A stretch of 64,000 bases of DNA from an uncultured delta proteobacterium. Lineage in GTDB: Bacteria > Desulfobacterota > Desulfobacteria > Desulfobacterales > JAHEIW01. The notes beneath the pieces are model-generated. The model ran no database searches, was not told the origin of the DNA, and saw only the letters and a program-made list of their open reading frames with translations. The DNA is taken from contig CAVPNL010000018.1 in assembly GCA_963706575.1 (NCBI GenBank), positions 64,001-128,000 on the forward strand, read 5' to 3'. The translations under genes and the position numbers were made by a program. This document shows, piece by piece, positions 32,186 to 42,124 of this stretch; position 1 is the first letter of the stretch, and every line of letters starts with the position of its first letter.

Positions 32186-33205
32186 TTACAGTTTATCATA
32201 GCCAAGAATCATTTCATAGACTTGTATGTATTCGTGGATCATGCGGTCGACTGTGAAATGCCGTTCAACATGGCGGCGACAGGTTGCGCGGTCAATCTCT
32301 TTAATACGTGCAACAGTCTCAATGGCCTCGTCCACGTTGTTGACTAAAAAACCACTTTTGCCGTTTTCGATAAGTTCAGGCATGCTGCCCCGATCAAAGG
32401 CGATCACGGGCGTACCGCAGGCCATGGATTCGATAACGGACAGACCGAAAGGCTCATTGAATTGTATAGGGTGCAATAGCGCGCAGGCTTTGCCGAGCAG
32501 CCGGTTGCGCTCAGCGGGTCCGGCGCTGCCGGCATAGGTCACCTTATCGTTGTCTATGTGAGGGGCGACATATTGGTCATAGTAAGCCTGGTCCTGGATA
32601 ATCCCAGCCAAAATCAGCTTTTTATTGCAGGCCCTGGCGATTTCAATAGCTTGTCGGGCACCTTTGTCTTTGTGAATGCGCCCGAAAAAAAGGAGGGTAT
32701 CATCCTGCTGGGGCTGGAAATCAAATTGCTTGATATCAATACCGTGATGGATGGTTTTGATATAATCAAGATCCGGCGATCGGTCGGCATCGCTGATGGA
32801 AACATAGAACGCTTTGTTGTTGTATTTTTTGTAAACCGGCAGAATCCCGGGCGATGAAAAACCGTGAATGGTGGTCACTACCGGTTTGGTGGTAAGGCCG
32901 GTGTAGGTCAGTGGCAGATAGTCAAAATGGTTGTGGATTATGTCATACACATCGGCATGTTCAAAGAGCTCTGAAATATGAAGGCACTCCCAGACTTTTG
33001 GTATGAGTGAGCGGTCTTCTTCATAGCCGCGCGGGCAAACAGCATGCAGCGTGCCGCTGGTTTGCGAATCCGCGGTTGCATACAAGGTTACATCATGGCC
33101 GCACGATACCAGCCCCTCGGTTAAAAGGGAGGCCACGTTTTCCCAGGGCCCATAATGTCGCGGCGGTGTGCGCCAGGCTATGGGCGAGAGCATGGCAATG
33201 TGCAT
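32186..33205 (-). CDS. GT4 glycosyltransferase
   Basis: PPRHYGPWE, FFGRIHKDKG, EPFGLSVIESMACGTPV. Confidence 0.9.
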   Translation of the reverse strand: MHIAMLSPIAWRTPPRHYGPWENVASLLTEGLVSCGHDVTLYATADSQTSGTLHAVCPRGYEEDRSLIPKVWECLHISELFEHADVYDIIHNHFDYLPLTYTGLTTKPVVTTIHGFSSPGILPVYKKYNNKAFYVSISDADRSPDLDYIKTIHHGIDIKQFDFQPQQDDTLLFFGRIHKDKGARQAIEIARACNKKLILAGIIQDQAYYDQYVAPHIDNDKVTYAGSAGPAERNRLLGKACALLHPIQFNEPFGLSVIESMACGTPVIAFDRGSMPELIENGKSGFLVNNVDEAIETVARIKEIDRATCRRHVERHFTVDRMIHEYIQVYEMILGYDKL

Positions 33206-33219
33206 GGCTGATCCTTTTG

Positions 33220-35526
33220 TTAATCGGTTTTCGGTGACGAATGCTGGTTTAAAATCTCGTCGGCATAAAGCTTTTGCAATGTCATCAACGAAAGCAGCCA
33301 GGCAAGGGAGGACTCGGCGCCTTCATTCTGGTTGATGCCGTCTGCCATCAACCCATCTCGGCAACCGCCGGTCTTGGGATCATAGAGCGGCAAGTTGAGG
33401 TCGTTGTGCCCGAGAAACCAATTAAAGCACATGACGGCATGGTCGAACCATGTTTGGTCCCGGGTGACATTAAAGGCTTCCACACAGGCTTCGACCATGG
33501 CGTTGGCTTCGACGGGCTGCTGATCGAAACGGGCTCTGGGCCCGCCTTTTTCATACCATCCGTTGCTGCCGACGGGCACAAAGTGATTGTCTTCGGTTTG
33601 GATGGCCACCAGCCACTTGAGGGAGTTGAGTCCCATATCGATCATGTCGTTGCGTTGCATCCGGTGGCCGGACAGCAGCAGGGCATGGGGCAGTTTGCCG
33701 TTGGCATAGTTCAAAGCGTTTTCAGGCCAGAGCCAATCGTCTGTTGCATTGTTTTTAAACTGATCGAAAAGCCTGTCGGCAAAAATTTCCCGGATCCTGC
33801 GCACATCACTGTCGCCGGAAAATTTATGCAGGTAGGCATGCATGCCCACCAGGGAAAAAGCGATAGCGCGCGGCGAACGAAAATTCTCGACAGCTCTCAG
33901 TGCCTTGTTGAAAAGGGTTGTGCTCATTGCGAGATGCCCGGGATCGTCAAGAAAAGCCACTGCTTTGCCAAGGCACCAGAGCGCTCTGCCATGCGCATCT
34001 TCGGACCCGATCTCCTCCATCCACTGCCGCGAATACGTCATAAAATTGCGAAAGCGCCCATTTTTTTCATTATAGGCATACAGAAGAAATCCGAGATAGT
34101 GACCGCTGAGAAAATCAAGCCCCAAGCCGTTTGTTGGCAGGTATTTTTGACCCATGGCGGCAACCAGCAGCGCTCTGGCATTATCATCGGTACAGTAGCC
34201 ATGGGTGCGATCGGGAATGGTATAGTTGGCATGTTGCAAAATACCGGTATCATCGGTAAGAGCCTTCAGGTGATCGAGCTTGATCTCCGGCAGCTCGAAA
34301 TTCGTGATGGCCTTGATGTTTTCAACATAGGAATGCCGGGGACGGGGTTTCCGGGTGCGGTTTTGCCGCACTTCACTGAAAACCTGGAGGTATTTTCGGG
34401 ATACCTCCTTCCAAACCGCTTCACGACTGAATGTATAGGCTTTTTTGCGCATGGCGTGCCGTTCGACATCGTTGTCCAAAAGTCCGATAACTTGTTCCGC
34501 TAGGGCATCCGGATTGCGGAAGGGTACAATTCGGCCACGGCCTTCGGCAAGCATCTCGGTGGCATACCAGTAAGGTGTCGAAATGACGGCTTTGCCGGTG
34601 CCCATGGCATAGGCGAGGGTCCCGGAGGTAATCTGGGCTTCGTCAAGATAAGGGGTTACGTAAATATCGGCGATGCCGAGAAACTCACACAACTCTCTTA
34701 ATGTCACAAAACGATTCTGAAAAATGACATGCTCGCCGATATCGAGTTTGCGCACGAGCTGCTGCAGCATGATACGGTATGCATCCCCATGCAGTTTTAG
34801 AATATGCGGGTGTGTTGCGCCCAGGATAATATAGACCACATCAGGGTGTTTTTTTATAACCGCCGGGAGCGCTTGCAGCACATTTTCGATGCCCTTATTT
34901 GGAGATAGCAAACCGAATGTAAGCAGCACCTTTTTGCCTTCCACGCCGAACTTGTCTTTGTTGAAGCTTGAATCAATAAACGGCGTATCCGGAATGCCGT
35001 GATGGATAAAGGCAATTTTCTCCTCGGACACGGCATAGATATCTTTTAGGAAATCAGAGGCCTTGCGGCTCATCACCACCAGTTTATCGGACAGATCGGA
35101 TAGCCGGCACATGATGTCACGATATTCCGGGGCGGGATCTTTCAGAATCGTATGCAACGTGGTCACTACCGGCATGCGCAGAGCACCCAATAATTTCAGC
35201 AGGTGGCTGCCGGCTGGACCTCCGAAAAGACCGTATTCATGCTGCAAGCAGACGATATCCGTCTGACTGATATTGAGAAATTGAGCTGCGACACTATAAT
35301 CGGTCAGCTTGTTCTGGTTGATCTCAAAGCGCACTTTTTCTGGATATGGATATCCCTCAGGTTTGTCATTCATGGCAGCCGCCCAGCAGTAAACATCGGG
35401 GGCTTCCGCTGATAAGCCTTCAACCAGATCCGTGGTGAAGGTTGCGATACCGCACTGGCGGGGCAGATAGTTGCCGATCACGGCAACCGAGTCGATTCCC
35501 TCATAATATTTAATAACAGATGACAT
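33220..35526 (-). CDS. GT4 glycosyltransferase with C-terminal hairpin-glycosidase-like domain
   Basis: NYLPRQCGIATFT, LQHEYG, QITSGTLAYA; C-terminal half TDDTGILQHA, GYCTDDNARAL, FDQQPVE, NEGAES. Confidence 0.85.
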   Translation of the reverse strand: MSSVIKYYEGIDSVAVIGNYLPRQCGIATFTTDLVEGLSAEAPDVYCWAAAMNDKPEGYPYPEKVRFEINQNKLTDYSVAAQFLNISQTDIVCLQHEYGLFGGPAGSHLLKLLGALRMPVVTTLHTILKDPAPEYRDIMCRLSDLSDKLVVMSRKASDFLKDIYAVSEEKIAFIHHGIPDTPFIDSSFNKDKFGVEGKKVLLTFGLLSPNKGIENVLQALPAVIKKHPDVVYIILGATHPHILKLHGDAYRIMLQQLVRKLDIGEHVIFQNRFVTLRELCEFLGIADIYVTPYLDEAQITSGTLAYAMGTGKAVISTPYWYATEMLAEGRGRIVPFRNPDALAEQVIGLLDNDVERHAMRKKAYTFSREAVWKEVSRKYLQVFSEVRQNRTRKPRPRHSYVENIKAITNFELPEIKLDHLKALTDDTGILQHANYTIPDRTHGYCTDDNARALLVAAMGQKYLPTNGLGLDFLSGHYLGFLLYAYNEKNGRFRNFMTYSRQWMEEIGSEDAHGRALWCLGKAVAFLDDPGHLAMSTTLFNKALRAVENFRSPRAIAFSLVGMHAYLHKFSGDSDVRRIREIFADRLFDQFKNNATDDWLWPENALNYANGKLPHALLLSGHRMQRNDMIDMGLNSLKWLVAIQTEDNHFVPVGSNGWYEKGGPRARFDQQPVEANAMVEACVEAFNVTRDQTWFDHAVMCFNWFLGHNDLNLPLYDPKTGGCRDGLMADGINQNEGAESSLAWLLSLMTLQKLYADEILNQHSSPKTD

Positions 35527-35559
35527 AACCGCTACCTTTTTTACTTTTGATTTTTAACC

Positions 35560-35822
35560 CATGCAGAATAGATCAGATTTCCAACAGTTTCCCTCGACGT
35601 CACTTTATATAAGGAGCGGTTGGCAGAACGTTAGGGCTGCGTTTTGCAATAGAAGAGGCTCACGCAATGTATCCAAGATGCTGTTTGTATATTTACGTAC
35701 TCACCTGGATTTTGTCTTGGCCTGATCACATCCAATTCTCGATGCTTCCAATTCAGCTACTTGTTGGCGCAATTCAACCCATTCCCTTACGAGCCGACTT
35801 TTTGTATTACGTTTATCTTGCA
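35560..35822 (-). pseudogene. Degenerate N-terminus of a PAS sensor protein
   Basis: ELRQQVAELEAS...NSILDTLREPLL...SANRSLYKVTSRETVG, interrupted by stops and frameshifts. Confidence 0.5.
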
Positions 35823-35938
35823 TTTGCCCAAATCGATTTAATTTTGCCTTTTTTTTGCTTGCGCTTCTCCTTTAGTGTTTGCTTGCCTTTTTTCTGATCT
35901 TCTCGTTTGCCTTTATCTCTTTTTCCCTTGTCACCCAT
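35813..35938 (-). CDS. Small lysine-rich protein (41 aa)
   Basis: MGDKGKRDKGKREDQKKGKQTLKEKRKQKKGKIKSIWANAR with AAGGAG RBS. Confidence 0.6.
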   Translation of the reverse strand: MGDKGKRDKGKREDQKKGKQTLKEKRKQKKGKIKSIWANAR

Positions 35939-36184
35939 CTAATCTCCTTTTCCTTTCAAAAACTTTTAATTCAATAATTACAAATATTTCATCATATGAC
36001 CCATAGACCCTATAAGTTCCTTTTAGGGTCCTTGCCAACAGAGTTTTTTCCCCGTTGATGATTCGCACATGGATGACGAAAGTTGCGATTCTCGGCAGAA
36101 TGTGACAGAGGTGAAAAGAGTAAAGCAACCGTCCTTTATTATTGAAAAAGGTAACCCACATATGAGTTACCTTTAACCGCCATC

Positions 36185-36535
36185 TTATTTTTTGATGAGA
36201 AGTTCAAGCCCATCGGCGCATGCTCGGGCTACAGCATAGTCAGCCTTTTCTTGCCCGGGCATTTTATCCCAGCCCCCTTTTTCAATTAAGTCAGCTCTCG
36301 ACCAGGAATTTGTTTTCTCTAATTCTTTGAGGTTCTCCTCATGGTTCGAGTCCTGCATAAATTGGGCGACGCAGATCGCCGCCTGACTCGCCAAAACCGC
36401 CTCTGTGGCTTTCGTTTCAGTCGTGGCGGCGGTTGTCCAGCCGCCCCAACCAAAGCCGATGATCATTGCGACGACTGCCCCAACAAAAAGACTCCATACT
36501 CCATACTTAATTTTCCCCGCAGTTTCTGTTTTCAT
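36185..36535 (-). CDS. Hypothetical membrane-anchored protein (IIGFGWGGW family), paralog 1
   Basis: TM helix, GFGWGGW, two Cys; paralog at 37681. Confidence 0.75.
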   Translation of the reverse strand: MKTETAGKIKYGVWSLFVGAVVAMIIGFGWGGWTTAATTETKATEAVLASQAAICVAQFMQDSNHEENLKELEKTNSWSRADLIEKGGWDKMPGQEKADYAVARACADGLELLIKK

Positions 36536-36661
36536 TTGATACCCCCCATTTTAATTTATTATGTATATAAACCAAATAGCATTTGAAGCTCACGACAGAT
36601 CACATTCACTCTGTCAGGAGCAACGCATACACCATTTGAGTATTTTCTACATGGGTACATT

Positions 36662-37006
36662 TTAATCATCTTTGGATAAAAGGCTCCGATCGTCAAAAAT
36701 AAGCTCTGAAAAATAATTTGAATTGCCGTTGAGTAATTCAATGACTCTTTCGGCGATAAGTTCCACACAGGCAGAAATGGGGAAAAAATTATCGGATCGA
36801 AGTGCTGAAATCAAAGCACCGTCGCCTTTAATGATAGCCTTACGAATGTTATCACCATCGTAAGTCTCCTCGTGCATAAATGAAAAGTTTTCTTTGGTGG
36901 GATCGTAAGAATCACGTTTTCGGAATTGTCTTTCGATTACTGCAAATTCTTTGATTGAAAGACGATTTGTTTCAGCATTCATCGATATATCGTATCTTTG
37001 AAGCAT
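36662..37006 (-). CDS. Hypothetical protein
   Basis: 114-aa ORF with GGAGGG RBS, co-oriented with neighbours. Confidence 0.6.
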   Translation of the reverse strand: MLQRYDISMNAETNRLSIKEFAVIERQFRKRDSYDPTKENFSFMHEETYDGDNIRKAIIKGDGALISALRSDNFFPISACVELIAERVIELLNGNSNYFSELIFDDRSLLSKDD

Positions 37007-37189
37007 AATACCCTCCCTGTATTGGCAAAACCTTTTTTAGCAATGCCATTCTGTAGATTGGTGATGTCTAAAAAATGCTTATTTCAGCAATAATTAGAAA
37101 TACTGAAGTTTTGGCAATGACTGCGCGGGCTGCATGAATTTCGCTGGTTAAGACAGTACCTTAAGATACTCTGGCAAGTTCTTTAATTT

Positions 37190-37567
37190 TCAGGGATGCA
37201 ACAATCCTTGGACCGTTACATCCATCTCCGTTAAGGTAAAGGGCTTAAAAAGAGCCTTAGCCACAGCAGTGCCTTTTATTTTGGATAAAATGACCGCTTT
37301 ATCAGCACCTGTCATAAGCACAACCTGTGTGGCGGGAGATTTTTCTTTGACGTAATCGGCCAGGTGGATACCGTCCATACCAGACATGTTAAAGTCAGTC
37401 ATGACCAGGTCAAATTTGTTTTTAAGAAAAAGCGCTAATCCGTTTTCACCACTATCAGCTGATAATACTGCATAGCCGAGTCGGCAAAGCATTTTTGAAA
37501 CGACGTCTCGAATACTATCATCATCATCAACGACCAATATTTTTTTGCTGCCCGTGTTCATTTTCAT
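37190..37567 (-). CDS. Single-domain response regulator
   Basis: ILVVDDD, DLVMTDFNM, LMTG, LFKPF. Confidence 0.9.
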   Translation of the reverse strand: MKMNTGSKKILVVDDDDSIRDVVSKMLCRLGYAVLSADSGENGLALFLKNKFDLVMTDFNMSGMDGIHLADYVKEKSPATQVVLMTGADKAVILSKIKGTAVAKALFKPFTLTEMDVTVQGLLHP

Positions 37568-37627
37568 ATCCTTAAACTGTTAAAAAAGTATTCAGGCCAA
37601 AAGGTTGGATATGCTTTAGAACATATG

Positions 37628-37660
37628 AAAAAGGAGGGCCAAGCTCATCCGGCCCTCCAG
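37628..37660 (-). terminator. Intrinsic terminator
   Basis: Minus strand GGAGGGCC-loop-GGCCCTCC-TTTT. Confidence 0.65.
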
Positions 37661-37680
37661 AATAAGCAGGAAAAAGATGT

Positions 37681-38034
37681 TTACCCGCCATTCAGGATCT
37701 GCTCGACACACAGCTCTGAAACCATCTTGTCCGGCTCCTTCTCAAATGGCATGGTTGCCCAACCCTGCTCCTCGACATATTTTTCTCTTTCCCAGCGGTT
37801 TAATCCTGTTAATTCTTTAAGCTTCGTCTCTTTCTGCGCATCCTTGTTAAATTGTTCTAAACACATCGGAGACAAACGAGCGACAAGCGCATCTTCAACC
37901 ATTGTATCAGCCGTTCTCTGGGACGTACTACCCAACACCCAGCCGCCCCAACCGAAGCCGATAATCATGACCATAATGGCACCAATAATGGCACTCCACA
38001 CACTGGTTTTAATTTTTTCTTTATTGAATGTCAT
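37681..38034 (-). CDS. Hypothetical membrane-anchored protein (IIGFGWGGW family), paralog 2
   Basis: Similar to 36185..36535; GAGGAGG RBS before ATG at 38034. Confidence 0.75.
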   Translation of the reverse strand: MTFNKEKIKTSVWSAIIGAIMVMIIGFGWGGWVLGSTSQRTADTMVEDALVARLSPMCLEQFNKDAQKETKLKELTGLNRWEREKYVEEQGWATMPFEKEPDKMVSELCVEQILNGG

Positions 38035-38186
38035 TGGATACCTCCTCATTTTAATTTATACAGAATGAATATGAGCCCCCCAAAGCATTTTAACTCCTTA
38101 CAGAACACATTCATTCTGTCAGGAGCAACGTATGCACAATTTAAGTATCTTCTTCATGGGTACATCTTCATATAAAACGTAAACAA

Positions 38187-38516
38187 TTAGGCTGCTTTCC
38201 CCCTGGCGGCATTAACGGTCTCCATTCCTTCCGAATGGGAAACCGTATGGATTTCAATTTGCAGTGGTTCGCATAAAAGGCTCTTTGTTCCAAGCAAAAC
38301 GCTGAATCTGTCTGACTTGATGTGATCGTTAAGATCTTCGCGGGTTTCCCACTCCTCTATCAAACTGAAAACGTTCTTTTCTTCGATGTCCCGGAAAACG
38401 TGACAGCTCAGACAACCCCTCACATTTTCGATTGGTTCAATCATTGAGAGAAGTGTTTGCATAACCTCTGTCCGCTTATCTAAAAATACATTCATGGTTG
38501 TTCTGAAAATGATCAC
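38187..38516 (-). CDS. Antibiotic-biosynthesis-monooxygenase (ABM) family protein
   Basis: GCLSCHVFRD, LIEEWETREDLNDHIKS; GAGGAGG RBS before GTG. Confidence 0.75.
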   Translation of the reverse strand: MIIFRTTMNVFLDKRTEVMQTLLSMIEPIENVRGCLSCHVFRDIEEKNVFSLIEEWETREDLNDHIKSDRFSVLLGTKSLLCEPLQIEIHTVSHSEGMETVNAARGKAA

Positions 38517-38618
38517 GAGAACCCTCCTCTCAGCAAATACATGACACACGTGTTAATATAGCTTGGGAATTCCCCCCCAGCTGTTATCAAAAGAATTTAA
38601 ACTGTCCAGAATCATACC

Positions 38619-38767
38619 TTCAAGCTTTATGCCAGGCAGACTGAATTCAACTTATATTAACCTAACAAATTGATATTTAATATAATTTTTTATAAAAGAG
38701 CCTGATCGAGGAGGGATGAATGAGTGTAATAATATGGTCACATATGACCAATGGTCATATATGACCC
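38619..38767 (-). promoter_or_regulatory. sigma54 promoter with IHF site and tandem enhancer palindromes
   Basis: TGGCATAAAGCTTGAA (38634-38619); TATCAATTTGTTA (38675-38663); TGGTCA(C/T)ATATGACC twice (38735-38767). Confidence 0.7.
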
Positions 38768-38970
38768 TGCTCGGCACCCTTGAAGTCATGTTTACAGCTC
38801 TGCGTGAGGGAATACAAATTGACAGGCTGTTGTTTGAGGAAAACCGTGAAAAATAGGCGACTTTGCGGAAAAATGGTCCTTTAACTGCGTACCTTCAGGT
38901 GGTGGGCCAAGACCCGGTTTTCGTTTCAGATATCATGGTTCGAGTAGCAAAATAAATCGACCCCACATGC

Positions 38971-40488
38971 TTATGGCTGCTGGATACCCAATTTTCGTAT
39001 GCGGGCGCGCAGTGTGCTGCGGTTGAGCCCAAGGATTTCTGCAGCCCCGTTTTTGCCGCTCACTTTCCAATTGGTCTGCTCAAGTACCCGGACAATATGG
39101 TCGCGTTCAACCGCTTCCAGCGGTTTTTGCGTGGTCGTTAAATCCTTATGGGCTTTTTTCAGTTCATCCACCAGGTGCAATTTGGGTCCCGAGGAGTTGA
39201 TTACCGCCCGCTCGAGGACGTTTTCCAACTCTCTGATATTGCCGGGCCATTGATAATCCTGCAAGGCATTCATGACGCTCGTCGGGATGCTCTCAATGGA
39301 CTTGCCCAGTCTCTTGGAAATTTTATCTACGAAAAAATCTACCATCAAGGCAATGTCTTCCATTCGTTCTCGCAGCGGGGGCACCGTAATCGGAAAAATA
39401 TTTAGCCGGTACCACAGATCTTCCCGAAACCGGCCCCGGCGCACTTCCTCTTCCAGGTTACGATTGGTAGCGGCAATCACCCGCACATCGACTTTGATCG
39501 TACCGGAGCTGCCCAAGCGTTCAAACTCACCGTCCTGGATCACCCGCAGCAGTTTGGGCTGCAGTTCCAACGGCAGCTCCCCGATCTCATCCAGAAACAG
39601 GGTGGCACCGTTGGCAACTTCAAATCGCCCCAGCTGTCTGGCATGGGCACCGGTGAAGGCGCCTTTCTCGTGGCCGAACAGCTCACTTTCAATCAGGTTT
39701 GAAGGCAGTGTGGCACAATTCACCTTCACTAAGGTCCGATCTTTGCGCGGGCTCAAGCCATGAATGGCCCGCGCCACCAGCTCCTTGCCGGTTCCGGTCT
39801 CACCGAGAACCAGAACGGTCGTATCGCTGGAGGCAATTTGCTCAACCTTATAGAGCACATAATTGAGCCCGTCACTTTGACCGATAATGTTCTCATAGTT
39901 GTATTCTAATTTGATTTCTTCTTGCAGATAAGCCCTCTCGGCCTCAAGTTTTTCCTTTAACTCGTTGATTTCGGAAAGTGCAACCTGGAGATTAAGCTCG
40001 GCCTGCTTGCGCTCGGTAATGTCCTGAATCCAACCGGACATCCGAATAGCGTTTCCCTCGGTATTCCAGATTGCCTGGCCACGCGCGAGGAACCACAGGT
40101 ACTCCCCGGATTTTGTTCGCAGGCGGTATTCGACCTTGTATGCAACACGCTCTTTAAGATGGCGTTCGATCGCGGTCCAGATGGCCTCGGTGTCCTCAGG
40201 ATGCAGTCGGCTGCGGAAAGAATCTATCGTGCCCGGAAACTCCGCGGACGAATACCCCAGGATTTCTCTGAATCGATCCGAGTAAAAGACGGTGTTCGAC
40301 AGCAGGTCCCAATCCCAGAGGCCGTCGGTAGAGCCTGCGAGGGCCAAAAGATATCGCTCTTCACTGGTGCGCAATGCCTCTTTCGACCGGCCATGTCGCG
40401 ACCGCTGTATGAGCAGCCTGACGATAAGCAAGGTTGCGATCGCGCTAAAAGAGGCAAGACCGATGATATGCCATTGGTAAAGCGCCAA
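38971..40488 (-). CDS. PAS-domain sigma54 enhancer-binding protein, N-terminal sensor probably deleted
   Basis: PAS (DGLWDWD), [24 protein letters not shown], Fis-type HTH; ORF starts at a lone TM helix. Confidence 0.88.
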   Translation of the reverse strand: MALYQWHIIGLASFSAIATLLIVRLLIQRSRHGRSKEALRTSEERYLLALAGSTDGLWDWDLLSNTVFYSDRFREILGYSSAEFPGTIDSFRSRLHPEDTEAIWTAIERHLKERVAYKVEYRLRTKSGEYLWFLARGQAIWNTEGNAIRMSGWIQDITERKQAELNLQVALSEINELKEKLEAERAYLQEEIKLEYNYENIIGQSDGLNYVLYKVEQIASSDTTVLVLGETGTGKELVARAIHGLSPRKDRTLVKVNCATLPSNLIESELFGHEKGAFTGAHARQLGRFEVANGATLFLDEIGELPLELQPKLLRVIQDGEFERLGSSGTIKVDVRVIAATNRNLEEEVRRGRFREDLWYRLNIFPITVPPLRERMEDIALMVDFFVDKISKRLGKSIESIPTSVMNALQDYQWPGNIRELENVLERAVINSSGPKLHLVDELKKAHKDLTTTQKPLEAVERDHIVRVLEQTNWKVSGKNGAAEILGLNRSTLRARIRKLGIQQP

Positions 40489-40699
40489 AATTGACTCCTC
40501 GGGAACGAATGGTTGTACTTATTCGATATAATTACCATAAAAGTTATAGAATTTCAAAATTTTGGTGAACCAGGTGCAGATTGATCTGATCTTTTGGAAG
40601 TTTGTTGCCGGCAGTGGGATCAATCGGGTAAAGCTAAATATTTCAAAAGCAATGAAGCTGGTGATGCAGCGAACCGGAGGTAATCAGCTTTAATTTTGC

Positions 40700-40783
40700 T
40701 TGACAGGCAGTAAAATACGAATTATTAAACAGCATATAACCAATTAATATTAATAGAAAAATTAGCATTTGTTACGTATAGCC
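40700..40783 (+). repeat. AT-rich dispersed repeat, copy C
   Basis: TTGACAGGCAGTAAAATACGAATTATTAAA...TAACCAATTAATATTAATAGAAAAATTAGCATTTGTTACGTATAGCC. Confidence 0.8.
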
Positions 40784-41115
40784 TTAAGCTTTAATTTTGA
40801 AAAAGTAGAGATTCCATACTCAAAACACAAATTCTGTTTTACCTATTTTTTCATCTCAAAACAGACACCCCACAAAAGCATAATCCCCTTCCAAAAACAC
40901 AGGACAAACTCATGCGACCAACGGATTCAATGTGTGAGAAACCGAGCTCATTAATGTCTCGCATCTCGATATGTATTTGAATACATTATATATCTACTTT
41001 CTAAATATTTTTCGTTTTTTCCAGGTTATGCAAGTTTTGGGGCATTTTTCTCACACCAAGTCTCACACCAACAAAAAAGGGTTACAGTCCTAAGACCATA
41101 ACCCCTTGAATTTTT

Positions 41116-41160
41116 TGGTACGCCCGGCAGGATTCGAACCTGCGGTCTACGGATTCGAAG
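41116..41160 (-). repeat. att core: 45-bp copy of the tRNA-Arg 3' end (1 mismatch)
   Basis: TGGTACGCCCGGCAGGATTCGAACCTGCGGTCTACGGATTCGAAG. Confidence 0.9.
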
Positions 41161-41258
41161 GATACAGGTTCCAAATGTCAGCAGTATGATCTTGTTCCGA
41201 GATCAAGGATAGATCTAATCAAACAGATGGTGTTTTAATGGATAGGTGGACATTACTA

Positions 41259-41600
41259 TTAATCTAAATTCTTTATAATTCGTTTAATTTCTTCTCTAAG
41301 CTTGGGGATATCTTTTTCTACTGTGAGCCACACTGTATCAATATCCACTCCGAAGTAATCGTGAATGAGTTTATCACGCATACCCGCAATGTCCTGCCAA
41401 GGTACTTGAGGCGTTTGGCTCGTCAAATCATCCGTGAGCCTTTTCACCGCTTCGCCTATTATTTCAATCTGCCGAATAACACCATCCTGAACCAGATCAT
41501 TTTTTTTAAAAGTCTCTTCATCAATTCCTTGCATATATTTTTCTATTTTCTTAATTGCATCCAGAATGTGATTCAAAAAGGCGGACTGATCAGTTTTCAT
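41259..41600 (-). CDS. hepT: HepT-like HEPN (DUF86) ribonuclease toxin
   Basis: [14 protein letters not shown] (RX4HXY). Confidence 0.88.
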   Translation of the reverse strand: MKTDQSAFLNHILDAIKKIEKYMQGIDEETFKKNDLVQDGVIRQIEIIGEAVKRLTDDLTSQTPQVPWQDIAGMRDKLIHDYFGVDIDTVWLTVEKDIPKLREEIKRIIKNLD

Positions 41601-41895
41601 AAATAACCTTTAATTCGCTTAAAATTCTATCTCGCAAATAAGGGCTTATCGCAGCCTCGGTCAACAAATCAACTTTTTTACCAAGTTCCGTTGATAGTTC
41701 ACGTTCCAGCCTTACGATATCCAAAAGACTTTTTCTTCTAGAAAATTTTACCATTAAATCAATGTCACTTGCCGGTGTATCCTCGCCTCTTGCTACAGAG
41801 CCGAAAACAGCCACCATTGCGGCATCGTTTTCACGGCAAATTTTTATCAACTTATCGATATCGAATGAAAGTGCGTCCATTTTATTTGAATTCAC
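41590..41895 (-). CDS. mntA: MntA-like minimal nucleotidyltransferase antitoxin
   Basis: [17 protein letters not shown] (GSX10DXD), KVDL; overlaps the HEPN gene. Confidence 0.88.
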   Translation of the reverse strand: MNSNKMDALSFDIDKLIKICRENDAAMVAVFGSVARGEDTPASDIDLMVKFSRRKSLLDIVRLERELSTELGKKVDLLTEAAISPYLRDRILSELKVIYEN

Positions 41896-42079
41896 CAGTG
41901 GTTATTTTAAATTAATTAGATATTTTATGCTAGCAGCAGATATAATGAAACAATAATATAAATGAAATAAATAATCAAGATTCGGGAAAATGAGCCTTGC
42001 CAGCTCAGGCCGGAAAACGACAAGTCATGTTAGAAACAAAAAAGGATATGGTCCAATGATCATACCCTTTTTGTTTTTC

Positions 42080-42124
42080 TGGTACGCCCGGCAGGATTCG
42101 AACCTGCGGCCTACGGATTCGAAG
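42080..42124 (-). repeat. att core: 45-bp exact copy of the tRNA-Arg 3' end
   Basis: Identical to 48272-48316. Confidence 0.92.

Noticed and set aside
33274..34503. 409-aa plus-strand ORF and similar long antisense ORFs elsewhere
   Set aside because: Shadows of well-supported genes on the opposite strand, with no motifs.
41116..42124. Two extra tRNA-Arg genes
   Set aside because: Only the 3' 45 nt are present, with no D-arm or 5' acceptor strand; these are att sites.
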